Virus record (IMG/VR): IMGVR_UViG_3300049215_000529
Coordinates: 1-64,000 of that record
Strand: one strand, 5' to 3'
Length of the DNA: 64,000 bases
Shown here: positions 48,659-58,149 of the stretch, in pieces
Position numbering within the stretch: the first letter of the stretch is position 1
Layout: each line of letters begins with the position of its first letter
Program-made: the position numbers and the translations under genes
Notes under the pieces: model-generated
Seen by the model: the letters and a program-made list of their open reading frames with translations, nothing else
The model's database searches: none
Told to the model about the DNA's origin: nothing

Positions 48659-49104
48659 AGTACTAACTTTCTATTTTTAAGGGCATTGGCTTTTGCAGAA
48701 ATTGGTCTCAAATTATCTAATGACCAACAAAGACGAAAAGCCTCATCTTCAACAGAAGTAAATAAAAAAGCCCCTTGCGGAATTATATGATCTATTTGCC
48801 AAAACCAAGTAGAAGCATCATTGTCATTCCAATCACTTATTTTATACTTTCCTTGATTTTTCCAATGCATCCAAAATTCAAATTGACTTTCCAAATGATT
48901 TTTTAATGTTCGAGCATCAAAAGGCAAATACTTCCAAATATATGATATTGTATCATATTTAACAGAAAAACGAATTAAATTATGAATTTTACTTTTAAAT
49001 CGTCTTATTTCCCTTGTACACTCCCTACATATATCGCTGTCACCACGAAAAGCGCTGGGGACATTTAGAAAGCCGCAAGTTATGCATCGTTTTGTTTCTT
49101 TCAT
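48655..49104 (-). CDS. HNH endonuclease
   Basis: HLESQF, WQIDHIIP, CWSLDNLRPISAKAN. Confidence 0.8.
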   Translation of the reverse strand: MKETKRCITCGFLNVPSAFRGDSDICRECTREIRRFKSKIHNLIRFSVKYDTISYIWKYLPFDARTLKNHLESQFEFWMHWKNQGKYKISDWNDNDASTWFWQIDHIIPQGAFLFTSVEDEAFRLCWSLDNLRPISAKANALKNRKLVL

Positions 49105-49166
49105 ATCAAAATATGAAAGTATTGATAGATCAAATCTACTTTTATTTCAAAAAGTTAATTATAATA

Positions 49167-52100
49167 TCAGTCGTCAGGGTTTTCTTCCTCTAAATCAATC
49201 AGTCCCTCATCATATAAAGAGTCTTCAATGCGTTCCAATAAGTCTTTGGGATCCTTAGACTTTTTGCTCTTTTCTTGCGTGATTTTAGCTTTAGCTTCTT
49301 TCAAATTTATCTTTTTAGCTTTCAAGTCAGCCGGAAGCGCTGGAATGCAAGCTACATCAAACAAATCGTCTAAAATCACGCCCATATCATCTTCATAATT
49401 ATTGGTGTTTCCAGCGAAGCTCAAAGCTACACCAACATCGAATTCGGCTTTACTATTGACTTCTTTGATACGATCTTGGACTGTCTTCCAGCGATCTGGA
49501 AAGATAGTACATCCGCATTGGTCACCATTGGCGTCTTCTATAACCGCTTTGATCATAGATTGACCATAATATTTACTGGTCTCTTTCTTTACCTTGAATT
49601 CAAAATAACTTCTAATAATTGCTTTGATTGGAGCTAACTTAGTCTTATCTTTAGACTTCTTGATATCATAAACTGTCTTATGTGTATCTTTGAAAAATTT
49701 ACCATATGCATCAGCTGGTTTACAAACAAATGATTCAGCAAGATAAAATTGTTCAAGTGCATATAGTTCAGAGATTTTCCAATCTGGCTCACTTGGCCAA
49801 GGATAAACAAACTCTTCAAGATTTGGATTATGCTTCTTCAACCATACTTGTAATTTCTTCCTATAATCGGAGCAGTACAAGAACAGAAGCTTTCTTGGAA
49901 TCTTAAAAGAATCCATAGCTCCTGCAGCTGCCAATGCTTGAATGCTGTTCGCACGCACTTTCTTAGAATCTACACGCGCCATGAAATCGAAGAAGCTCTT
50001 GAAGGGGCGCTTCTGGATAATGTCTTTGATAGCGTCTTCTCCTACGAACTTTAGGGCGTCCAAACCGGTCAACAGCTTATTGCCGTCCGAAATAGTATAA
50101 GTTAATTGTGAGGTATTGATATCCGGTGGCAATAACTTGACGCGATGACCTCGAAGCTCCTTCTTGATCTTCTCAATGTTGCTCTTGGAGTCGGGAGCAT
50201 TAGATCTGACTTCTGCCATTAAGTTTGCCAATAAAAACTCTATTGGGAAGTTGGCTTTCAAGAAAGCGGTCTTGTATCCAGTCATAGAATACAACACAGC
50301 ATGAGAGACGTTGAATCCGTAGCCTTGAAACTTGTCAACTACTTCATCCCAAATACGCTGAGCGATAGCTTCTTGTACACCATTCTTAACGGCATCTGCA
50401 ATGAATTCCGATCTCCATTGCTGTGCTTTTTTTGGATTCTTGCCCTTTTCCTTAGTCAGTTTGCGCAAGCGATCTGCAGAGTGAAGGCTCCATCCTGCGA
50501 CGTCCTGAGCCAAATACATCAAGCACTCTTCATATAAACCGAAGCCATAAGTGCTATTGAAAGCTCTGCCTAGCTTTGGATGTAGCAGAGTCATCTTCTT
50601 CTCTCCATCCCTGGTTTTGATGAAGTCGTTGCGCATGTCGCGGGCGGATGGTCTCGCCAAAGCGTTGATGTTTGCCAGGTCATTGATGTTGGCTGGTTTG
50701 ATGCGACGGCACAAATCAATGGTACCTCCACTGGTACCTAGCTGGAAAACACAGAAAGTATCACCGCTCGTAATTAGATCATAAGATGGCTTATCATAAA
50801 CATCATAATCGATGATGAAGGGAGGTGGCACCTTTCCGCGTTCGCGGATGATTTTGTAAGTCTCACCAATAATGTCTAGAGTAGCTAATCCTAAGGTATC
50901 CATCTTGACCAAACCATTTTCTTCCGCTTTTTCTTTATCGTACTCGATAGCTAGGGCGCCGTCCTTATCTTTTCGTAACGGAACCAAACCAGTCAGGGGA
51001 CGGGCAGAAATGATAATACCACCAGCGTGAGTGGACCAAGCTCGATACTTGCCACAAATATCCTTGTACTTTATGAACTCTGGATATCTTTTGCAGTACT
51101 CTGAAAATAGTGGAACCTTAGTAAAAGCGTCATCGATGGAATGGATATCTGATGGAATACAATCTGCTACTTCATTGCCAATTTCAATGGCTCGTTCACG
51201 GGACCCACCAAGTTCGCAGGCTCTAGAAATATCTCGGACATAAACTTTTGGTGTGATAGTGTTTACGTTAGATACGTGAGCTACATGATCTTCACCATAT
51301 TTTTTACGTAAGTACTCCTGCACGCGCACGCGTCCAGACGGAGCAAAGTCAGTATCAATATCTGGGAAACTGGACTTTTCCTTGTTGTGAAAACGAGCAA
51401 AAATCAAATCATACTTAATAGGGTCTGCTTGGTGAATTCCTAGAAGGAATGCAATTAGCGAACCTCCTACAGAGCCTCGACCATCGCCCACAGCAATATC
51501 ATTTTTGCGAGCCCAGTCAATGTAGTCAGCCACAATCAACATGTAGCTTGAGAAGCCATGAAATTCGATAACGTCCAACTCTTCTTCTAATCGAAGATTA
51601 TATTGAATACGCTTCTCATCATTCAAGTCTTTGATACGAGACTCAAAAAACTTTTGACAATGAAATCTTAGAAACTGTTTATCTTCCTCTAGTTTCTTTA
51701 CAGCATCATCCTGATGAATCGCCCACTTTAGAAATTCTGCATAGTCTGGCTCGTCCTTTACCGGGAAAATTGGCAGCTCTTTGCCGCTTGGATTGGAGAA
51801 CTTTGGATCAATCCAATCTGGTTTCTCACACATGTCCGCAAAGTACAAAGTGTTAGCGCACAGCTCTTCTGCATAAGCCTCGCCATAGTTTCTAGTAAAG
51901 AATGCTTTTACCTCGTCGCCCGTCTTCAAATAAAATTCAGGAACTGGATAACGCAAACGATAGTTGGAGAACACTGGCTGATGTGAACCAATTGCCAAAA
52001 ATACGTTATGAACGTCTGAATCTTCTTTCTTCGCATAGTGAGCATTGCATGCTGGCACTACTTTGACACCATGAATCTTTCCAAGATCAATTAAACGCCT

Positions 52101-52685
52101 GTTCAAAAACTGCTGATCAATTTCATCATTGAAAATATTGGAACCACGCTTCATATTGTTTGGCTGAATCTCTAGCCCCAAATTATCTCCAAACAATGAT
52201 TTGAGTTTCAGTATAGTTTTTTCTGCCTCATCGAACTTTTTATTCATTAGCAATTGGCTAACAATACCATTGCCGCATGCAGTTAAGCAAATGAGACCTT
52301 CAGAGTATTGTTCTAATAATTTCCAGTCTATGATTGGATAGACTCGCTTACCTAAAAACGAACCCTGGTCAAATCCCTTTTTGTTTAGCGTGAGCAGATT
52401 ACGGTAGCCTGTAGCATTTTTAGCAAGCAACACTACATGTCTAAACTTTTCTTCTACGTGGGTAGCGTCATCCACGAAGTAGCATTCACAACCCATAATC
52501 AATTTGACACCAGTATCTTTTGCGGCTTTCATGGCATCCCATGCGCCAGCAAGTGTTCCGTGGTCTGTTATGGCTAATGCTGTCTGCCCAAGTTCTTTGG
52601 CTCGTTGAAACAGAGCCTTAGGCGATACTAAAGAATCGAGAATAGAAAAATCGGTTTGATTATGTAATGAAACAAAATCCATCAT
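49167..52685 (-). CDS. dnaE: DNA polymerase III alpha subunit
   Basis: PHP domain (LHNQTDFSILD, ITDHG), GRGSVGGS, PDIDTDF, KMDTLGL, YGFNVSH; uninterrupted. Confidence 0.95.
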   Translation of the reverse strand: MMDFVSLHNQTDFSILDSLVSPKALFQRAKELGQTALAITDHGTLAGAWDAMKAAKDTGVKLIMGCECYFVDDATHVEEKFRHVVLLAKNATGYRNLLTLNKKGFDQGSFLGKRVYPIIDWKLLEQYSEGLICLTACGNGIVSQLLMNKKFDEAEKTILKLKSLFGDNLGLEIQPNNMKRGSNIFNDEIDQQFLNRRLIDLGKIHGVKVVPACNAHYAKKEDSDVHNVFLAIGSHQPVFSNYRLRYPVPEFYLKTGDEVKAFFTRNYGEAYAEELCANTLYFADMCEKPDWIDPKFSNPSGKELPIFPVKDEPDYAEFLKWAIHQDDAVKKLEEDKQFLRFHCQKFFESRIKDLNDEKRIQYNLRLEEELDVIEFHGFSSYMLIVADYIDWARKNDIAVGDGRGSVGGSLIAFLLGIHQADPIKYDLIFARFHNKEKSSFPDIDTDFAPSGRVRVQEYLRKKYGEDHVAHVSNVNTITPKVYVRDISRACELGGSRERAIEIGNEVADCIPSDIHSIDDAFTKVPLFSEYCKRYPEFIKYKDICGKYRAWSTHAGGIIISARPLTGLVPLRKDKDGALAIEYDKEKAEENGLVKMDTLGLATLDIIGETYKIIRERGKVPPPFIIDYDVYDKPSYDLITSGDTFCVFQLGTSGGTIDLCRRIKPANINDLANINALARPSARDMRNDFIKTRDGEKKMTLLHPKLGRAFNSTYGFGLYEECLMYLAQDVAGWSLHSADRLRKLTKEKGKNPKKAQQWRSEFIADAVKNGVQEAIAQRIWDEVVDKFQGYGFNVSHAVLYSMTGYKTAFLKANFPIEFLLANLMAEVRSNAPDSKSNIEKIKKELRGHRVKLLPPDINTSQLTYTISDGNKLLTGLDALKFVGEDAIKDIIQKRPFKSFFDFMARVDSKKVRANSIQALAAAGAMDSFKIPRKLLFLYCSDYRKKLQVWLKKHNPNLEEFVYPWPSEPDWKISELYALEQFYLAESFVCKPADAYGKFFKDTHKTVYDIKKSKDKTKLAPIKAIIRSYFEFKVKKETSKYYGQSMIKAVIEDANGDQCGCTIFPDRWKTVQDRIKEVNSKAEFDVGVALSFAGNTNNYEDDMGVILDDLFDVACIPALPADLKAKKINLKEAKAKITQEKSKKSKDPKDLLERIEDSLYDEGLIDLEEENPDD

Positions 52686-52790
52686 GATACACTTCCTTGG
52701 GTTTGTATTATGACATGAACATATCTAACTCACTCACGAGCGTTTCTGATCTAATAAAGTAGATCAAGTATGTCTTGCCAGGGAATACGG

Positions 52791-53447
52791 TTAATTGATA
52801 ATCGATTGAGGAAAAACTGAAGAGCCATCTTCTAAATAAATAGACTCAATCATTTTGAATTGATTTTTCCAGAATTTCTTATTTTTGCTCTTTTTTATCA
52901 GTAAATCTTTAACTTCGGCGGTGCTGAGTTGTTTCTTACGGAACAAAGCATGTGCTATTATTGTAACAGCATCCCAATGTTCTTGTAATTGGGTGCCCAC
53001 TTCCCTAATCATTTTCTTTTTGAACTCATATCTTTTTCTTCCAGGAGGGGCAACTTGATACTTTCTCATTATGTTAGAAGCCTCAATAGTGTCATCTGAG
53101 GAGCCATCTTTTAAGAATAGTGGAAATTTATTAGAACCCGAAGCTAATGCAAATTGGCGCTTTTCCGCAACCAACCCAGCATAGGACAGACCTATTTCTG
53201 CATGAACTCGATTAGAAAGTAGCTCATCGCACTCAATACTATCTAATTTGGGAGAATCATAGTATGTAAAGCCGCAAATTCTTTTGAGTTTTTTGTCTTC
53301 GTAGACAATAATAGACTCAATATTCATATAATTAAGCAATCCATACACAGTATGCCCAGCCTCATGGTATGAGGTCGAGATAAATTCGTAAGTTTTTGTT
53401 ACTTTCTTACGGAAATAGTCAATCGACCCGACACCCTTATTGGACAT
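52791..53447 (-). CDS. Stand-alone M41 (FtsH protease domain)-like zinc peptidase
   Basis: SYHEAGH (HExxH), AGLVAE, GSSDD; no AAA domain. Confidence 0.7.
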   Translation of the reverse strand: MSNKGVGSIDYFRKKVTKTYEFISTSYHEAGHTVYGLLNYMNIESIIVYEDKKLKRICGFTYYDSPKLDSIECDELLSNRVHAEIGLSYAGLVAEKRQFALASGSNKFPLFLKDGSSDDTIEASNIMRKYQVAPPGRKRYEFKKKMIREVGTQLQEHWDAVTIIAHALFRKKQLSTAEVKDLLIKKSKNKKFWKNQFKMIESIYLEDGSSVFPQSIIN

Positions 53448-53451
53448 GTTC

Positions 53452-53763
53452 TCACCCTAATTGCTGTAGTAACACCTCAAAATCATTGATCTTTTGCTGA
53501 CAATCAGCGACTTTGCACTTAACTTGTAGGCGGTCGGACCCAATTGGACCCGTTACTATCAAGTCCGGATTATCCACATATAGAATTCCGGCTTTAGTAA
53601 AGTGGGGAGCCTCTTTAAAACCAAGGGCAACTAGCGATGCTAGGTGCCCTGTAGTTAAAGGTTGGTCCGTTTTGAAGATCAATGAAGTTCTTCCACAACA
53701 GGCTTGAATGGTAAATCGTTCAACTTTCATCATCTTACTATAACAGTAGATGATGAAATACAA
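53452..53763 (-). CDS. Hypothetical protein
   Basis: Co-oriented ORF; start may be ATG 53733. Confidence 0.5.
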   Translation of the reverse strand: MYFIIYCYSKMMKVERFTIQACCGRTSLIFKTDQPLTTGHLASLVALGFKEAPHFTKAGILYVDNPDLIVTGPIGSDRLQVKCKVADCQQKINDFEVLLQQLG

Positions 53764-54081
53764 TTAATCTTTATTGTCTAATTCAACGCCTTTACCTTCT
53801 AACAAAAATAAGGCATACTTAATCTTTGCCATCTGGTATTTTAGGGCATCTTTATGTGCAGCAGAATACTCTTTAACTAATTCCTTGGCGCTATTGAGTT
53901 TAGTGTCGGCAGCCATTTCAGCTTCTACAGTATAAATGTTACCTTCACATTCTACGATGATCTTTTTCAAATCTTCTTCGCTTGCAGCATCTGCAGTGTC
54001 CTTGAACTCTGGGCTCTTGTTAATTATCTTGAGCCATTTCTCTGGAAATGCGGACGGTGCTTGATCTTTGGTCTTACTCAT
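53764..54081 (-). CDS. Hypothetical coiled-coil protein
   Basis: 105 aa, GAGGA SD. Confidence 0.55.
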   Translation of the reverse strand: MSKTKDQAPSAFPEKWLKIINKSPEFKDTADAASEEDLKKIIVECEGNIYTVEAEMAADTKLNSAKELVKEYSAAHKDALKYQMAKIKYALFLLEGKGVELDNKD

Positions 54082-54091
54082 ATTAATCCTC

Positions 54092-55339
54092 TTACTCGAT
54101 TACTTTTGCTTTTTTAACTACAAAATCTAGTGTGTTTTCATCTCTGATACGAGAGAATAAAATTTGTAGATATCCTGTTCTATTCATCTCTTTGATAATA
54201 TCATCAATTGGTTTCTGAACTTGGGTATGAGCCAGGTTCTGTTTAATAACTTCAAATACTTCTTGATCAGACAGCTGAGCTTCTGGCTCTACTTCTCTGA
54301 TCTTGTCTAAGATAAGCGATAGTTTAACATTCTTTTCAGCCAGCTCCATATACTTTTCTTTATCTGAATCTGGTAAGGTTGCCCAATCTAATTTGGATTG
54401 GTGTGCCAAATATTGTGCTTCTGACAAAGACATCCAGTTAGGAACTGAGAACTTATTGTCATCTACCATTTTGACAGCAACCGCTTCAGTTAGCATCATT
54501 TTGCTTTCATTCTCAAGTCTGGCTCCTGCCGTTGAAAATACAAAATCACGCAGTTCTGGATAGTCTTTCTTACCTAACTTTTTAGCAAGCTCATCATCTA
54601 GGGCACAAGGCGTAGTCTTGGATCCCATAACCAGAGTAGCCTTCATATGAACTGTCTTACCAGACAAAGATGGTAATCCATTTTCTGGAACTACCATATC
54701 AAACTCTCTAACTTCTCCAAGAGTCATGCCCAACAAGTTACTATCAAACTGTGGCACAGAACTACGACCCATGGTAATCATTTCTCCAGTAGCTGATAGA
54801 TTTGGTTCAACGGTGCCATCCACGGAACCTTCGTAGTCCACAATAACGTTGTCGCCCATTTGAACGAAATCAGTTTCCGAATATGGAACCACATCACCAA
54901 AACGTACACGTAGCTCTTGGAGCATTTGCTCTCCAACCTCTACTGCCGTGTGCGATGCATGAGGCTTTGGCACTTCCATTTCCTTGAAAGGAGCCAACTC
55001 AAAATCTGGTTTGGTGTACAGTTCAAAATCACAAGTGAACTTGCCATCGGCTAACAACAAAGTATTGAACTTTGGTGCACCATGGGGACGAATCTTCTTT
55101 TCGAACAGAGTATTGTGATAAGCATCTTCTGCTAGAGCGCGCTTCAGGGACTCCTCGATTTGTTGGCGGTAATGCACCTTAATCACATCGATAGTTGCCT
55201 TGCCCTCTCTAAAGCCTGGTACCGGAGCTTTCTTGAAAGCATTTAAAATCTCTCCTCTTTTATTGAGGATTTCAAAAGCTCCCGCTTCATATTTAACGGA
55301 CAGCTTACATGGTTCTAATTCAGTTACTTCAATTTGCAT
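54092..55339 (-). CDS. tig: Trigger factor
   Basis: VPGFREGKA ribosome-binding loop, FKBP-type domain (GDNVIVDYEG), C-terminal domain. Confidence 0.88.
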   Translation of the reverse strand: MQIEVTELEPCKLSVKYEAGAFEILNKRGEILNAFKKAPVPGFREGKATIDVIKVHYRQQIEESLKRALAEDAYHNTLFEKKIRPHGAPKFNTLLLADGKFTCDFELYTKPDFELAPFKEMEVPKPHASHTAVEVGEQMLQELRVRFGDVVPYSETDFVQMGDNVIVDYEGSVDGTVEPNLSATGEMITMGRSSVPQFDSNLLGMTLGEVREFDMVVPENGLPSLSGKTVHMKATLVMGSKTTPCALDDELAKKLGKKDYPELRDFVFSTAGARLENESKMMLTEAVAVKMVDDNKFSVPNWMSLSEAQYLAHQSKLDWATLPDSDKEKYMELAEKNVKLSLILDKIREVEPEAQLSDQEVFEVIKQNLAHTQVQKPIDDIIKEMNRTGYLQILFSRIRDENTLDFVVKKAKVIE

Positions 55340-55348
55340 TTGTTCCTC

Positions 55349-56137
55349 TTACCAGCTCACTTCACCATAAACATTTTGGTTGAATGCTTTAGTTTTGCCT
55401 TCTGGGCAGTTTTGTAGAAAATCACAGAAATTACATAACACAGTTGGATTGGGAGTAAATTCCTTTTCCGTAAGCATTTGACGAGCATACTCAACATACT
55501 GATCTTTAATAGTCAAAATCTCAGGGACTGAGAACTCAGTAGTAATATACTCGAAATCATGTCTCAATAAAATATAGGATGCTCTAACTTTAGTTATGCT
55601 TGGATTCTCTGAAATTATAACGTAAGCATACGTCAATAATTGAAAGAAATCATCCTTCAGATATTTTTTATTTTTGACTGTTTTATAGTCACAAACATGC
55701 ACAACATTATCGTCATCGATTTGAATCCTGTCAATCATCCCGTTTAATATAATATTTTCACCAACTGGTAATTCAAAATTTTTCTCACAGGCAATCACAT
55801 TGGCTGATAAATTATTTTTCTTGTCATGGGTAACAATGCGAAGATATTTATCTATAATTGCCCAGCAATCTTTTTTCATTTCAGGAGTCATCTTATCGCC
55901 AAACTCCTTAATAGCAAGCTTATAAGAATTACCCATTTCTACATTGAATGCAAGCTGAGAGTCTCGTGCAATATACGCATTGTGAAACTCTTCTAATACT
56001 TTGTGGCAAAACTTACCAAAGGTGTGGAAATCCCAATCCTTGCGTGGGAGCTTTTCCACGTAGCAGAATTTGAATTTAGCTTTGCAATCCTTAAAAGTTT
56101 TGGTTTTGCTGACCGACAGGCGCAAATCTTCTGACAT
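55349..56137 (-). CDS. PD-(D/E)XK nuclease (RecB/AddB/Cas4-like) with Cys cluster
   Basis: LSVS..KTF..C, GMIDRI, DYKT, QLLTY, CNFCDFLQNC. Confidence 0.8.
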   Translation of the reverse strand: MSEDLRLSVSKTKTFKDCKAKFKFCYVEKLPRKDWDFHTFGKFCHKVLEEFHNAYIARDSQLAFNVEMGNSYKLAIKEFGDKMTPEMKKDCWAIIDKYLRIVTHDKKNNLSANVIACEKNFELPVGENIILNGMIDRIQIDDDNVVHVCDYKTVKNKKYLKDDFFQLLTYAYVIISENPSITKVRASYILLRHDFEYITTEFSVPEILTIKDQYVEYARQMLTEKEFTPNPTVLCNFCDFLQNCPEGKTKAFNQNVYGEVSW

Positions 56138-56226
56138 TAATTTTTCTTTCGATTAATATGTGCAAATCTATATATCGTCAGAAATGCTGTCGTATTTAAT
56201 TTTTATGAAGAAATAGTTAATTCTAA

Positions 56227-57219
56227 TTAGAACAGAACTCTTCTAGTAAATTCTAACCACTCAAATACAAATCTTCCACCTGAGCCACCACCTGCTTGAG
56301 CCATGCTGGACATATTTCCATCGAATGGTCCATTAGGATTAAATGGAGTTGTGCTAATGATCCACTTATTAGTCCAAGAGTCAAAATAATAATACGTCAT
56401 CATATTAGTTCTTGGATTATAATGTGAACGCAAAAAAGTTCCACTAACAGGTGGAGCATCTAATCCAGTATTAAAATAAGCATTTCCATCTCTAGCTTTT
56501 TCGTTGTCTTCTAGAGTGAAATGCATTCTGTTGATGGCTGGCGGATCGTTTGGATTCTCTTGGGTGGTGTCTTGGAAAATAACGAAAGCTCTGGGATCAA
56601 ACATATTAGAAAACTGTTGAGACTCTTCAGGCGGAGCAATCACAGGCTGAATCTTAACATTGGCAGGAAGATTGCCAACACCAGGTCCAGTTTCACCCTC
56701 GGCATTGGTAGTGGAGTATTTAATATTGTAATTTACTAAATCATAAGGTTGATTGGTGAACCCTGTTTCATTACCAGCACCATCAAAACCGCTAGCAATT
56801 TGAGGTTGGGCAGGGTTATCTACTGTAACACCTGCATCACCAGGGTTTCCATAAATACCCTCTGGTTGGATGCCATTGTCACCAAAAGGATATAATTCTT
56901 GTAAATTGGTGCCTGGTGGCACATCCGTAGGTGCATGTGGCAGGCGTGCATTGCTATCTACTACGTCCGTCTGATAAGTTTCAGAGACAATGGGGGAGGA
57001 ATCCGTTCCATTGGTGGCAAGAATGTTTAAAATTACGGTGAGCTTGTTGGTGGGCAAAAATACAGGTCCCGTGTACATGGTAGAGAACAAGTTGGGGACG
57101 CTGCCATCCAACGTATAGAAAATGGTGGCAGGGACATTTGTGGTAATTGTAACAGACTTCGGAATGCCCGACATAATCTGTTCAATTGATTCTGTAACGG
57201 AAACGCTAATTACAACCAT
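56227..57219 (-). CDS. Putative virion protein with Fn3/chitobiase-like Ig domain
   Basis: ATIFYTLDGSVP...YTGPV motif; Gly/Pro/Asn/Thr-rich. Confidence 0.55.
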   Translation of the reverse strand: MVVISVSVTESIEQIMSGIPKSVTITTNVPATIFYTLDGSVPNLFSTMYTGPVFLPTNKLTVILNILATNGTDSSPIVSETYQTDVVDSNARLPHAPTDVPPGTNLQELYPFGDNGIQPEGIYGNPGDAGVTVDNPAQPQIASGFDGAGNETGFTNQPYDLVNYNIKYSTTNAEGETGPGVGNLPANVKIQPVIAPPEESQQFSNMFDPRAFVIFQDTTQENPNDPPAINRMHFTLEDNEKARDGNAYFNTGLDAPPVSGTFLRSHYNPRTNMMTYYYFDSWTNKWIISTTPFNPNGPFDGNMSSMAQAGGGSGGRFVFEWLEFTRRVLF

Positions 57220-57220
57220 A

Positions 57221-57544
57221 TTATACCAAATTTAGAAACTTTGCGTTGGAAACAGTCATATTCTTTCTGAGCATCACTCGATAAATCTTATGAGCTGCTC
57301 GGCGGAAAAGCTTTGCCATTTGCAAATAGTCTGCTTCGCCCTCTCGTCTATACAGGATCAAAAAACAATCATGATAGTCTAAAAATTCCAACTCAGGAAG
57401 AGACCCTCGGGCTACTCCCTTTTCCATCAAAACTATCTTATTTAAGGCTAAAAGTAGTAAAAAACGATAGAACTTTTGTTCCCCGCCCGCCAAATATTTT
57501 GGTACATACTCTTGCTTCAAACTCTCCATGCTCATGATAAGCAT
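57221..57544 (-). CDS. Hypothetical protein
   Basis: Co-oriented ORF; true start may be a downstream ATG. Confidence 0.5.
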   Translation of the reverse strand: MLIMSMESLKQEYVPKYLAGGEQKFYRFLLLLALNKIVLMEKGVARGSLPELEFLDYHDCFLILYRREGEADYLQMAKLFRRAAHKIYRVMLRKNMTVSNAKFLNLV

Positions 57545-57558
57545 ATGCCATAATATAC

Positions 57559-58140
57559 TTAGGACACGAGCTTTGTTACAATTTTAGTTACTTCCAATTT
57601 CAAGTCATCTAACGTACCATTATTAGACAATACATAATCAAATTCTTGGTCATGAATAGAGTCTTGATTAGTTTCACTAGAATGATTGATTTTCAAGTGG
57701 GCATCTCTCAAAAGTCTAATTTGAAAGAACCCCATTTTCTTTAAATGATCAAATTCATTACGGAAGCGCACATCAGTTACAATTACTATGTCTATGTTGT
57801 TTTTCTTAGATTTCTCGAAGGTATAGTCAAAAGCATCCAACCAAGTTGTCTCTCGATAGGCTCGACCCACACCAGTTCCCAGATCAATCAGTAGCTGTCG
57901 GATGGTCAACGGATTGCCATCCTTGAAAGCATTAGGGATAGCTTGGGCTCGATATTTTGATGAGCCATAAAGCCATTTCCTTTTGATTTCAGGAAACATG
58001 AGCTTAGCTATTTCTTTTATGGGGTCGGCAAAAGCAATTAATTTGTAACTATCTAATTTCAATCTAGGCTCGTCTACTATTAATTTACTAACGGTGTTTT
58101 TCCCAGTATTTGCCTTGCCACAAATCGCTATCTTATACAT
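57559..58140 (-). CDS. Deoxynucleoside monophosphate kinase
   Basis: GKANTGKNT P-loop, FADPIK, RQLL..LG, TDVRFRNE, HSSE. Confidence 0.85.
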   Translation of the reverse strand: MYKIAICGKANTGKNTVSKLIVDEPRLKLDSYKLIAFADPIKEIAKLMFPEIKRKWLYGSSKYRAQAIPNAFKDGNPLTIRQLLIDLGTGVGRAYRETTWLDAFDYTFEKSKKNNIDIVIVTDVRFRNEFDHLKKMGFFQIRLLRDAHLKINHSSETNQDSIHDQEFDYVLSNNGTLDDLKLEVTKIVTKLVS

Positions 58141-58149
58141 TTACTCTCC

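Noticed and set aside
47762-49104. Intact IS607 element
   Set aside because: No serine recombinase domain and no tnpB; the adjacent gene is an HNH.
55349-56137. Cas4 as evidence for a CRISPR-Cas system
   Set aside because: No cas1/cas2 or array in the window; stand-alone nucleases of this type are common in phage replication modules.
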